Shown: positions 30,338 to 39,843 of the stretch, in pieces
Layout: each line of letters starts with the position of its first letter
Position numbering within the stretch: position 1 is the stretch's first letter
Source of the DNA: Bythopirellula sp.
Lineage (GTDB): Bacteria; Planctomycetota; Planctomycetia; Pirellulales; Lacipirellulaceae
NCBI GenBank assembly: GCA_965216565.1
Contig: OZ244170.1
Span: 1,984,001-2,048,000, forward strand
Length of the DNA: 64,000 nucleotides
Direction of reading: 5' to 3'
Position numbers and translations under genes: made by a program
Notes under the pieces: model-generated
What the model was told of the DNA's origin: nothing
What the model saw: the letters and a program-made list of their open reading frames with translations, nothing else
Databases searched by the model: none

Positions 30338-31414
30338 CTACTTGACGATTTGAGCAGTCACGCCGCCGACCACGGGAAAAGCACAGCCCGTTGTCTCGGG
30401 AACCGTCAACGCCTGATTCTCCTGATGTCGGACTGCCAGCCAGGCAAAACACTCTGCTTCTAAAGTATCTGGATTGAGGCCCATTTCTCGAACCGTGTGA
30501 ACTTCCCCAAACTTCTCACGCAACATACTCATAATCACAGGATGGTGGACGCCGCCTCCGGTGACATAGATCGTCGCTGGAATCTCAGGCAGTTTCTCAA
30601 CCGCTCGGAACACTGCTTCAACCGTTACCGCACACAGAGTCGTGGCCCCATCTTCGATGCTGAGGCCTGAGACATCGACGTGATCGAAGTCGTATCGGTC
30701 TGCTGCCTTTGGCAACGGCATCGAGAAGAACGGCGCTGCGAGCGCCTCTTCAATAGTCTCTTGGTCCGCTTTGCCTGCCAAGGCGAGCTCCCCATCTCGG
30801 TCGTGCGGCAAGTCTGCCATGGCCTGGGCCCACTCATCGATTAAGCCGCAACCGGGCCCTGTATCCCCAGCAATGATCTGACCCTTCTCACCTAGCCACG
30901 TGACATTTGCCACGCCACCGATATTCAGAACAAGCGTCGGCAGAATAGCTTCACTGAAGAGTGCTTTGTGGAAGATCGCCACCAAGGGCGCTCCTTGACC
31001 TCCGCAAGCCATATCGCATCGCCGGAAGTCTGTAACGATGGGAAGCCCAAATTCCTTGGCCAACATCCAAGGATTGCCAATCTGCAAGGTGATTCCCTCG
31101 CTGGGAATGTGTCGGACGGTATGGCCATGAAAGCCAACGACGGCAACTCGATCTTTCAGTTTCGGGTTCTCTTCGAGTAAAACCTTGACGGCTTGTACAT
31201 GAACGTCCGAGACGCTTTTCTCTAAGCGCAGAAGTTCAGTCGTCGGAACATCGAACTGCGAAGCCTCCTGCAAACTTGCACGGAGTTCATCTTCGTAGGG
31301 CACAGTAATCCCGCCGAAGAATTCAATTTTGTTCTGACCATCGGTCTCCAGCAACGCGGCATCCACACCATCGCAGGAGGTACCGCTCATGAGTCCTATC
31401 GCAATTTTTGTCAT
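30338..31414 (-). CDS. anmK: Anhydro-N-acetylmuramic acid kinase
   Basis: GLMSGTSCDGVD, GFHGHT, DFRR.D...GGQGAPL, NIGGVAN, DTGPG, EAECFAWLA. Confidence 0.95.
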   Translation of the reverse strand: MTKIAIGLMSGTSCDGVDAALLETDGQNKIEFFGGITVPYEDELRASLQEASQFDVPTTELLRLEKSVSDVHVQAVKVLLEENPKLKDRVAVVGFHGHTVRHIPSEGITLQIGNPWMLAKEFGLPIVTDFRRCDMACGGQGAPLVAIFHKALFSEAILPTLVLNIGGVANVTWLGEKGQIIAGDTGPGCGLIDEWAQAMADLPHDRDGELALAGKADQETIEEALAAPFFSMPLPKAADRYDFDHVDVSGLSIEDGATTLCAVTVEAVFRAVEKLPEIPATIYVTGGGVHHPVIMSMLREKFGEVHTVREMGLNPDTLEAECFAWLAVRHQENQALTVPETTGCAFPVVGGVTAQIVK

Positions 31415-31552
31415 ATTCGATTGCCTAGGTTCAATTCAGGCTAGGTGGTTTGGTTTCGATCGGAAAAAGGGCCGAGGTCGCCGTCTGAGGCGGTTCCTTC
31501 ACTCAAGTCAGTAACTAGCTTAGTGGGTTCCCAGCGAAGAAGAAGGAAAAAA

Positions 31553-31579
31553 TACGCAACATTCTCTCGTAAATGCGCA
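31553..31579 (+). promoter_or_regulatory. Putative operator between divergent anmK and the regulator
   Basis: TACGCA (31553) and TGCGCA (31574), 21-bp period. TATGCT at 31590. Confidence 0.7.
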
Positions 31580-31740
31580 TGTTCTTGATTATGCTAATAG
31601 GGTGCCCGACAGCACAGCGAGCCAGATTCAGACAATCCCGCCAGTCTCCCACAACTTTGGCTCTCCCACCACCGTTGTTCCTTGATCCGAGAACGGTTCG
31701 AGACATTCGACCGGTCACACCCCGTGCTATTTCGTCGACT

Positions 31741-32913
31741 ATGGAAGAAAACAATAGTTTGCGTCGTGTCGCTGTATTGGTAGAGACCGATGACAGCTGG
31801 GGTTCGGGCGTAATCCGCGGGATAGCAGATTACTCTCAGGATTACGGCCATTGGAATCTCCTCATCGACCCCCGCGACCACGAAGAACGCTTGGCCATCC
31901 CTGATCTTTGGGAAGGCGATGGCGTGATCGCGCGTATTGGCACGCGATTGCAGTTGAACCAAATCACTAATCGCAAACTTCCCACTGTGAATGTGGACAC
32001 CGTCTTCGAAGATGTGGAAGGCATCTACGATGTTGTGACCGATGACGAACAACGAGCCGAACTTGCTTTTGGTCACCTCAGGGATCGAGGATTTGAAGAA
32101 TTTGGATACTTTGCTCCGCCAAGCAAAAAATACTCCTCCAAGCGGGGCAAGTATTTTGTCGAAGTTGTCGAGAAGTCGGGGTTCAAGTGTCGCGAATACA
32201 AACCAGGATATCGTGTTGGCCGAAAGATTGGCTGGGAAGAGCAGCAGCGGCGAGTCAGCCGGTGGCTCAAATCCCTGCCATTTCCGGTAGCGATTCTCAC
32301 CGTCGATGCGTACCACGGCCGGCAACTCGTTGAAATTTGTAATATGAGTGGCATCCGCGTGCCCGATGAGGTCGCAATCCTGGCGGGAGATACTGACGAA
32401 CTAATGTGCGACGTCTGCACGCCTCCGCTCTCAAGTGTCGCGCTGGCGGGTCGAAAGATCGGCTTTGAAGCGGCAGCCCTGCTCGACCGATTAATGCACG
32501 ACCAAACGCCCGAATACAAATCCTACAAAGTCCCCCCCGAAGGGATTATCAGCAGACAGTCAACGGACATTTTGGCCATCGACGACGAGTCCGTCGTCAG
32601 AGCGCTGCGTTTTATCCAAACGCATGCTTTCCAGGACATCGTCGTCAAAGATATTCTGAACGAGGTTCCAGTTTCGCGGCGTAGCTTGGAGATTCAGTTC
32701 AAACACTATTTGGGGCGTTCGCCCGCGGAAGAAATCCGACGTGTCCGATTGGAAAAGGGCCAGGAGCTGTTGGCCCGAACCGACCTTTCCATCGGCGAAA
32801 TCGCAGTTGCCAGCGGATTCGCCAATTCCACCCGCTTCGGGGTGGCTTTTCGCAAACGATTCGGAATCACTCCACTAGCATATCGAAAGCAACTACAGCG
32901 ATCGAATTGTTGA
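31741..32913 (+). CDS. XylR-family transcriptional regulator (periplasmic-binding-protein-like sensor + AraC HTH)
   Basis: DGVIAR, VPDEVAILAGD, PPLSSV, RQSTD, SRRSLE...IRRVRL...IAVASGF...GITPLAYR. Confidence 0.92.
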   Translation: MEENNSLRRVAVLVETDDSWGSGVIRGIADYSQDYGHWNLLIDPRDHEERLAIPDLWEGDGVIARIGTRLQLNQITNRKLPTVNVDTVFEDVEGIYDVVTDDEQRAELAFGHLRDRGFEEFGYFAPPSKKYSSKRGKYFVEVVEKSGFKCREYKPGYRVGRKIGWEEQQRRVSRWLKSLPFPVAILTVDAYHGRQLVEICNMSGIRVPDEVAILAGDTDELMCDVCTPPLSSVALAGRKIGFEAAALLDRLMHDQTPEYKSYKVPPEGIISRQSTDILAIDDESVVRALRFIQTHAFQDIVVKDILNEVPVSRRSLEIQFKHYLGRSPAEEIRRVRLEKGQELLARTDLSIGEIAVASGFANSTRFGVAFRKRFGITPLAYRKQLQRSNC

Positions 32914-32930
32914 ATGGACACCCATATAGC

Positions 32931-32957
32931 TGCGCAGAACGAAGAAAAAATTACGCA
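32931..32957 (+). promoter_or_regulatory. Putative operator upstream of PEP-CTERM gene 33132
   Basis: TGCGCA (32931) and TACGCA (32952). TAATAT at 32989. Confidence 0.7.
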
Positions 32958-33131
32958 CAATTCATTGCGCGATTTTTCACACTTGCGATAATATAAATTG
33001 AGAAATACAGATTCGCGGGGCAGGTCTGCTGCTGACATCCGCAGTGCTTGAGCCCCGCAACCTTGTGTATCCCCTTCGCTCGTCTTCAGCGATCTATCAA
33101 TTCAGAATTCACTCACTCTAAGGAGCATCTA

Positions 33132-34259
33132 ATGCATCGCAATCTTGTTCGTTTCGCGCTATCAGCCGCCGTCCTCATAGTCGGCGTACAAGCACATGGT
33201 CAGGTCATCGTCGATGAAGACTTTGAATCCTATGCAAACGATGCTGCTATGCATGCTGCGTGGGCTCCTTCGGCGTCGCCGCTCAACTCATTTTTGATCG
33301 ACCCCAACTTTCCAGGCGATCCCAATAACCCTTATGGAGTTCTTCCCGCAAAGGGCGGCCTAGATGGTCAGGCAGTATTTTATGATGGGGTCGCCGGTGG
33401 CCAGAACACTTGGCAAACGCCATTTGCAATTGGACCTTCTGCAACACAAACCGTCGAGGTAAGCGTCGACATCGGCCACGACCTGGAGAATTCCAACAAG
33501 CGGCACTCACTCGGATTGAGAAATGTTGGGGCTGGCACAACCAATATCATCGAACTCGGGTTCTATAACGATTTCGCCCCACTTCCTTCTGATCCTAATA
33601 GTCCCAATTTTATTCCGTTCGGTTACCGAACTGTACTGTTCAACAACACAACCAACTGGCAATCCTTTCAAACTCTGTCACCAAGTATCGATAGCGTATT
33701 CGAATTGTCGCTGGCCAACGACGGGACTCCTGCCTTCCACCGGTTTGGTGCGATCATCGATCCCAACAGCATCACCTTCACCTTAGATTTGTTCGCTGAC
33801 GGCGTGATTAGCTCCGCTGCAGCAGACTTCAATGGTGACGATCGTGTGGATGGACTGGACTTTCTCATTCTGCAAGAGAATTTTGGGTTTACAGAAACTG
33901 ATCCTAACAATGGCCGACCCGATGGCGACGCTAACCGCGATTTCGCTGTAGACTCGGCTGACCTGGCCCTTTGGGAAAAAGAATACGGAACCATTGTCGG
34001 CGTAACCCCAGGATTCGATGCGATGGATGTCGTGAATGCACAGGTCATCCTGGACCCTAATGGAGTCGCATTCAATAACATTCGCTTCGGAGGTCCCTCA
34101 GGCATTACCTCCGCTAGTCCTTTCGCTGCTTTCGATAATATTTTGCTCGAGGTGAACGGCGCACCGGTAGAACTCAACGCGGTGCCCGAGCCCTCCACGG
34201 CAATTTTGGCTCTCTTGGCTGGACTAGTTGTTTGGAGAGGCCGTAAGAGCCTTACCTAA
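33132..34259 (+). CDS. Non-catalytic PEP-CTERM protein with internal dockerin-like module, paralog of 36233
   Basis: AAGGAG RBS, signal peptide, EDFESY, ADFNGDDRVDGLDFL, VPEP tail. Confidence 0.8.
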   Translation: MHRNLVRFALSAAVLIVGVQAHGQVIVDEDFESYANDAAMHAAWAPSASPLNSFLIDPNFPGDPNNPYGVLPAKGGLDGQAVFYDGVAGGQNTWQTPFAIGPSATQTVEVSVDIGHDLENSNKRHSLGLRNVGAGTTNIIELGFYNDFAPLPSDPNSPNFIPFGYRTVLFNNTTNWQSFQTLSPSIDSVFELSLANDGTPAFHRFGAIIDPNSITFTLDLFADGVISSAAADFNGDDRVDGLDFLILQENFGFTETDPNNGRPDGDANRDFAVDSADLALWEKEYGTIVGVTPGFDAMDVVNAQVILDPNGVAFNNIRFGGPSGITSASPFAAFDNILLEVNGAPVELNAVPEPSTAILALLAGLVVWRGRKSLT

Positions 34260-34288
34260 GAGACGTCCACCGAAGAGTTCTTAGCTTT

Positions 34289-34335
34289 GCCCGCTTCGCG
34301 GTACGGGGCAGACCGTGAAGCGGGTTTCTTCTTTT
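34289..34335 (+). terminator. Intrinsic terminator-like hairpin
   Basis: CCCGCTTCGCGGT-ACGGGGCAG-ACCGTGAAGCGGG followed by TTTCTTCTTTT. Confidence 0.7.
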
Positions 34336-34364
34336 CCGATTATGAATTCTTTTAGGAACAGTCG

Positions 34365-35963
34365 ATGAAGAGGCAACATTCATTACTTGTAGGTGCCTGC
34401 TTTCTACTGCTTGGCATGTCCCAGGCTTACGGTCAATTCGGCGCTATTGGCGACATCAACGTCACCGGTTCGGGGCTTGTCCCCACCGAAAGCGACTACG
34501 TCCCGAACGTGGTCAAATGCGAGAATGGCTTGGCTAGTTTCGAAGCCCTCAAGGCCCAAGCCGTCGCTGCACGTACTTTCGCCTACTACAAGATGGACCA
34601 ACAAGGCTTTATTAACGATGGCACCGGTGATCAGGTCTACAGCTGCTCTGGTTCCGCCGGCACGATTCACCACGAAGCCGCCCAAGCCACCGAGGGCGAA
34701 ATCCTTTGGGTGCGAGATACGGTGGGCGTCCAATCGAATGTTCTGATTGCGTCCTTCTATGTTGCGGGAGCAATCCCGTCGGGAGCATTCGACATCAACA
34801 GCCCAGGCGTGATCGTCGACCCAGGCGATCCCGATCCTACCAGCACCGAGCAATGGGTGACCTACACCTACGCCAACGGCGACACGGCCGGCAACAACTT
34901 GGGCACGCCACTCGGTTTTCAGGGAACTCCAGCCAATCCCAACTGGCCCAATCGCGGAGCAAAGAGCCAAAACGGAGCCGATTTTCTCTCTGACAATAGC
35001 GTCTCCTACATCGATATTTTGAAATATTATTACGGGGCCGACATCCAGTTACGCACCGCGCTGACTGCCGGCTCGGGCGAGCAATTCTCGCTGAAAACGT
35101 TGGTCGATTTCGACGACTACACCGGCTCCATCGATCCCACCATCGACGGACACGAGGGCACTTTCCACCGATCGCCAACTTTCTCTGGCAGCACGACGGC
35201 CAACATCTCGGCATCCACCGCAGACAGAAGCTCTGCCGAATCGTTCAGCGGCAGCCATTCGCAGCTGATTGATATCGTCTACGACGAAGCCTCGGGAACC
35301 GACTTTTTCCTCCGGCACCTGTCTGGAGCCCGCTACGGATTCCTCGGCGGCGGAACTAACGCTGCGGAGAAGATTGACAATCTGCAATTTGAAGCCATTG
35401 GTTCGGTTGGCTTCTGGCTAAAAACCGACGACCCTGGACTCACCGTCTCGATTGCCATGGACGATCCTGGCACCGGCGATCGAGGGATTCCCAAGGCGGT
35501 CATCGCTGACAACCAATGGCACAAGTATCAATGGTTCCTCGATGACAACGACGAGTGGGAAGCCTGGATCGGAGCGGGCGATGGTCAACTCGGCACCACA
35601 AACGTCTCGATCGACTCGATTCATTTCGAGGGAGCAAGCGACGCGCAGATCTACCTAGACGATGTGTTCTGGGATCCTCAAGCAGTCTTTGTGCCACTGA
35701 TCCCAGGTGACTTCAATGGAGATGGAACAGTTGGAGCGGCCGACTTACCACTTTGGGAAACCGGTTATGGCACTTCGAGTGGCGCTCTGATTGGCAATGG
35801 CGATGCCAACGACGACGGGCGAGTCGATGGCACAGACTTCCTCATCTGGCAGGAAAACCTGGGCATGAGTAGCACACCCCCTTTAGCTGCGGTACCAGAG
35901 CCCTGTGCCGCGATGCTCTCCTTGGTAGCAGTTAGCTTGCTCGGTTGCTTCCGAAGCAGGTAG
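34365..35963 (+). CDS. SpoIID/LytB-domain (lytic transglycosylase-like) protein with unannotated binding domain, dockerin-like repeats and PEP-CTERM tail
   Basis: YVPNVVKCE, EALKAQAVAARTFA, DQVY, SQNGA, YIDILKYYY. VPEP tail. Confidence 0.85.
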   Translation: MKRQHSLLVGACFLLLGMSQAYGQFGAIGDINVTGSGLVPTESDYVPNVVKCENGLASFEALKAQAVAARTFAYYKMDQQGFINDGTGDQVYSCSGSAGTIHHEAAQATEGEILWVRDTVGVQSNVLIASFYVAGAIPSGAFDINSPGVIVDPGDPDPTSTEQWVTYTYANGDTAGNNLGTPLGFQGTPANPNWPNRGAKSQNGADFLSDNSVSYIDILKYYYGADIQLRTALTAGSGEQFSLKTLVDFDDYTGSIDPTIDGHEGTFHRSPTFSGSTTANISASTADRSSAESFSGSHSQLIDIVYDEASGTDFFLRHLSGARYGFLGGGTNAAEKIDNLQFEAIGSVGFWLKTDDPGLTVSIAMDDPGTGDRGIPKAVIADNQWHKYQWFLDDNDEWEAWIGAGDGQLGTTNVSIDSIHFEGASDAQIYLDDVFWDPQAVFVPLIPGDFNGDGTVGAADLPLWETGYGTSSGALIGNGDANDDGRVDGTDFLIWQENLGMSSTPPLAAVPEPCAAMLSLVAVSLLGCFRSR

Positions 35964-36069
35964 CCGTAGGTCAGGCAAGTGTGCCCAAACTGAGATCGCC
36001 TTCAGCCGTGAAGGGAGGCTGTCCGTGCCCCCAGAGGCAGTATTTACAGGCATATCAGGGTTTGCAGAG

Positions 36070-36096
36070 TGCGCAAAGTGGCGAAACTATTGCGCA
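36070..36096 (+). promoter_or_regulatory. Putative operator upstream of PEP-CTERM gene 36233
   Basis: TGCGCA (36070) and TGCGCA (36091). TATCCT at 36127. Confidence 0.75.
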
Positions 36097-36232
36097 AGAA
36101 TCGTTGCAAACTTCCGCGGTCCATTTTATCCTAGGAGATATGGGGAGGGGGTTCCGCTTGTAGGGACACCTGGTCAAATCCTTATCACCAACCTTCTTAT
36201 TCGTCGTTCTTTGACTGACAGGAGTAGTTCTA

Positions 36233-36985
36233 ATGATGAAACTAAACCCGCTGACCATTTGCTTGGGGCTTGTTGTTGCCCTTTGCGTATGTTCAGCAAC
36301 ACATGCTGTTACAATCTTTGAGGACGATTTCGAATCGTATGCAGACACTGCGGCTATGCAAGCCGTATGGGGTGCCGCAGGAACTGGAACACTTGATCCA
36401 AATCTTGGCAATCCAAGTCAATCTGGTTTCCACCCAGGTGGCGCACAGAACCAGGTAACAATTCCTGGGTTCATTCCCACTCCTGCCAATCCTGTTATCT
36501 ACTCTGTAGATATCTATGATGACGGCACCAGTGCCAACAAACGAATCACAGCTGGTTTGCGAAATTCTGGTGTAGCAAACTTAATTGAAATGGGCATGTA
36601 CAATAGCCCCAACCATTATGCAGTGCGTGCCGTACTACCTGGTCCAAGCTGGGTCGCCTTCTCTAGCATTACAGATGACGGTGGAACGCCGATCGCAAAT
36701 GCACCGATCCAAGGTTGGCACAGCTACAAGGCTGTTTTCGATGGAACGAACGTAACCTTTACACTCGATCTTGGCGGAACCGGCATTATTAATGCGACTG
36801 AAGTCCTTGCTGCTCCTTACAATGCGGGCTTCCCGATTGATACGGTTCGTATGGGAATTGGCCTTTCCTCTGCCGGTGGTGGAGGCAACTTCGACAACTA
36901 TTTGCTTGAGCAAGTGCCTGAGCCAGGCACGATCGCTCTGTTGGGCATGGCTGCATTTGGCCTCGTTGCCCGACGACGTCGATAA
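36233..36985 (+). CDS. Small non-catalytic PEP-CTERM protein (lectin-like beta-sandwich suspected)
   Basis: AGGAG RBS, signal peptide, DDFESY, VPEPGT...RRRR. Confidence 0.82.
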   Translation: MMKLNPLTICLGLVVALCVCSATHAVTIFEDDFESYADTAAMQAVWGAAGTGTLDPNLGNPSQSGFHPGGAQNQVTIPGFIPTPANPVIYSVDIYDDGTSANKRITAGLRNSGVANLIEMGMYNSPNHYAVRAVLPGPSWVAFSSITDDGGTPIANAPIQGWHSYKAVFDGTNVTFTLDLGGTGIINATEVLAAPYNAGFPIDTVRMGIGLSSAGGGGNFDNYLLEQVPEPGTIALLGMAAFGLVARRRR

Positions 36986-37036
36986 GTCTGTCGATAAGTT
37001 TGCAGTAAGCACACTTGGAAGACGTGTGAAACTAGA

Positions 37037-37069
37037 CTGCCCTGGGTTCTCCCAGGGCAGTTTTTTTTT
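37037..37069 (+). terminator. Intrinsic terminator
   Basis: Perfect 10-bp stem CTGCCCTGGG-TTCT-CCCAGGGCAG followed by T9. Confidence 0.9.
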
Positions 37070-37366
37070 GTGCGCTGACTGTAAGAGTTGCCATCCGGCA
37101 GGCGGCGTCTGCCAGGGCACTGCGACATGGACACGCTGTTGCGGAGCTCGATCGCTAACAACGCCCGGGAACGAGTAGCGGAATCAATGAGCCGAAAGCA
37201 CCTGCTGCTAGTCCGGATTGGCCGGCGTCCGGGAGCATCGGATCAGGTCTTTCGATCAGCACTACCCGCGGCTAGCGCCGTCGGCTCACAGAATTGGATC
37301 GGTGATGGCTTGGGTGTGCTTAAAATTCGAGGTGGCGATAGGGAGCAGTAAACCTCACTGGCAAAG

Positions 37367-37494
37367 CTAGAGCAGATTCGGTTAAAGATTGCCACAGAGA
37401 TCACAGAGTTCACAGAGAATAGATAAGATGTTTCTTATTACACTCTGAGAACTCTGTGATCTCTGTGGCTACTCCGTTAAGAGAACTGCTCTCG
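37367..37494. repeat. REP/MITE-like nested inverted repeat with CACAGAG subrepeats
   Basis: 27-bp arms at 37391-37417 and 37443-37469 (1 mismatch). Outer arms CTAGAGCAG.../...CTGCTCTCG. Confidence 0.8.
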
Positions 37495-37627
37495 TGTTGC
37501 ACCTAGCCAATAGGATTACTCTAAGTTGCAGCGTGGGTCTGCCCTGAAGGGGTAATAGATTGACGGCCTATCCTCAAGAAACAATTTTTCCCTCTCCTAT
37601 AACCGGGGAGGGGATTGGCATTGGGCT

Positions 37628-39643
37628 CTATGCCATTCGTCGTCGGGTTTTCATCAGCCCCAGCAGAACCGACGCCAACACGATGGCACTCGGCTCGGGA
37701 ACAACCGCAGCAGCAGCAAGCGGACTCACAGACCCGGTGTAGTTCTCCTGCCAATACAAGAAATCAAGCCCGGTGGTCATCCCATCCTCGTCGGCATCGG
37801 AATCGCTGTTGACTCCGTAGTCGCCTTCCCATTGGGCGAGATCTGCATCATCTACGTCGCCATCGCCATCGAAGTCTCCCGCTATGGCAGAGCCCAGCAG
37901 ACCGAGGGGATTGTGAGAAACAGTATCGAGATAAATGGTAGCGTCTCCGGCTCCCGCGAACTGAATGGAGTCAATCGTAATCGTGGGCCCCGTGATAACG
38001 CCGTCGCCTCCGCCAGCCCAACCATCCCATTGGGTATCGTCTTCTAAGTCCCATTGATACAGGTGCCACTCGCCGTCGGCGATTACACTTTGCGAAAAAC
38101 TACGATCAATGGCTGGGCTTAGGTCGTCGATCGCCAATTGGACGCTGATACCGGCATCGTCAGTCTTTAGCCAAAAGCCGATGTAGCCTGTCGCATCGAC
38201 GGCAACATTCCCGGCGGGAGAAGCGGGCGAGCCAATCCCGGAGAGATGACGCAAGAACCAACCACCGGGCTCTCCATTGATCGAAATCTCCTGCGACCCA
38301 ACTCCACCCTGCGATTCTGTAGTGACTCGCGAAGCATCGCTGCCACCGAGAATTCCTGTTGTCGAACCGCTGTAAGTCAACGACCAAGGAAAGTGGCCTT
38401 CGTCGGTTTCAAAGTCGTCGATCACATCGCCGGGCGACCCAGGAGGAGGGTCTTGCAAAGAGTCGAAATAGCTCTTGATAGCCTGCCGATCGGCATTGCT
38501 GTAGCTATTCATGTAAGCTGGAAAGTCGTAGAAGTTCACGCCGTCGGCACCAAAACTGTTTGCCCGCTGAATCTGACTCAGTGTGAGGTTGGCTCCTCCT
38601 CCGCCTGGCTGGACATGCAGATACGAAGCGAGCGTGGGCACGACGCGCGTATTCGTCGGGATACTCATGGTGTTTTGAAGGTTGGGATTGAACAGGTGAT
38701 CGTTCGAGGCGCTCAGATAGATCATTGGCATCACGACATCCAGCAAGTCGTTCTCCATCCAAGTGCGGTAGTCTTGCATGTAATCATTCAGGCCAATATC
38801 GGGGTCACGCCAAACCGAGGCAGAGAACTCCATCGTGCGCCCTTCGCTGATTTCTGCCGCGTCCACTGTTTGTTTGATAGACCCTACCAGGTCGGTAATG
38901 CGGGTGGTAATGAACTCCTTGTACTCTGTGAAGTTCGCCGGATTCGATCCGTCTAGGCCCGGATACGCCTGGGCAAAAAGAGAGTGCGAAGTGGCATCGT
39001 GAGGAAAGCGGTCAAAATCGTAACCGGCTGGGATGTAGCGGATATAGTCGAGATGAATGCCATCGACGTCGTAATTCGTAGCAACGTCATTGACGACGTT
39101 ATTCAGGTGCGTATGAACTTCCGGCAAGATGGGGTTCACGCTGGAGTAAGAGAGTTTGCCACCGGAAGAGAGAGGATATCCTTCTTGCGGTTCTAAGTTT
39201 CCATTGATGTCTTCAAGCCGAAAACTGGGACTCGTATTGTTGTAAATATGCCCCGAGGGAGGGTTGATTGCCGTTGTGTTCCACATCGGCGTAGAATTGA
39301 ACCAGGCATGCAACTTCAAGCCGCGCGAATGGGCCGCATCGATGGCAGTTTGCAATGGGTCGAATCCAGGCGTCAAGTTGTGGACGTCTGGCTCGAAGTT
39401 GCTGTTGTAGAGCGCGTCGCCCCGGCCACGCACCTGCCAAATGACTTCCGAGAAACCTTCGTCTGCGGCCTCTTGCATCATTTGGTTGATCGTGTTGGTC
39501 ATCGACGGAATACTTCCCGTATAGGGAAAGTCGAACCGATCGACAAAAATCGAACGGTAGTCGCCAAATTCGGCCTGCACCTCAACAACAGAGAAAGACA
39601 AGAGAACAAGTGCAGTGAACACTATGGGTGAGCGGCGCATCAT
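37628..39643 (-). CDS. GHL10/DUF187 glycoside hydrolase with unannotated binding domain, dockerin-like repeats and PEP-CTERM tail
   Basis: QVRGRGDALY, FDPLQ, LHAWFN, YDVDGIHLDYIRY, MPMIY. VPEP tail. Confidence 0.87.
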   Translation of the reverse strand: MMRRSPIVFTALVLLSFSVVEVQAEFGDYRSIFVDRFDFPYTGSIPSMTNTINQMMQEAADEGFSEVIWQVRGRGDALYNSNFEPDVHNLTPGFDPLQTAIDAAHSRGLKLHAWFNSTPMWNTTAINPPSGHIYNNTSPSFRLEDINGNLEPQEGYPLSSGGKLSYSSVNPILPEVHTHLNNVVNDVATNYDVDGIHLDYIRYIPAGYDFDRFPHDATSHSLFAQAYPGLDGSNPANFTEYKEFITTRITDLVGSIKQTVDAAEISEGRTMEFSASVWRDPDIGLNDYMQDYRTWMENDLLDVVMPMIYLSASNDHLFNPNLQNTMSIPTNTRVVPTLASYLHVQPGGGGANLTLSQIQRANSFGADGVNFYDFPAYMNSYSNADRQAIKSYFDSLQDPPPGSPGDVIDDFETDEGHFPWSLTYSGSTTGILGGSDASRVTTESQGGVGSQEISINGEPGGWFLRHLSGIGSPASPAGNVAVDATGYIGFWLKTDDAGISVQLAIDDLSPAIDRSFSQSVIADGEWHLYQWDLEDDTQWDGWAGGGDGVITGPTITIDSIQFAGAGDATIYLDTVSHNPLGLLGSAIAGDFDGDGDVDDADLAQWEGDYGVNSDSDADEDGMTTGLDFLYWQENYTGSVSPLAAAAVVPEPSAIVLASVLLGLMKTRRRMA

Positions 39644-39843
39644 TCTGAGTGTGCTCCGAAAGCGAGAGAAAATGAGAGAGACAGTCCTCAAGGACAATCT
39701 GCAGGCAACTCTATTCATACCTATTCTATCCGCCAGCTGAATTACCGACAACAAGAAGCGGTCTGCCCGAGACAACCTTTGCTCTGTTAGCCTCTACGCG
39801 ATCGGTCCCGTCCAATAAGTCCCTTGGCACTATAGATGGTTCC

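Noticed and set aside
20903..35963. Sporulation system (spmA, spmB, spoIID names)
   Set aside because: These families are widespread in non-sporulating bacteria; no sporulation regulators are present and the context is wall catabolism.
36979..37003. GTCGATAAGT direct duplication at a stop codon, and similar short duplications at 62445-62495
   Set aside because: Only two copies each; consistent with local slippage and no evidence of function.
37391..37469. CACAGAG repeats as a CRISPR array
   Set aside because: Short units forming one inverted repeat; no unique spacers and no cas genes.
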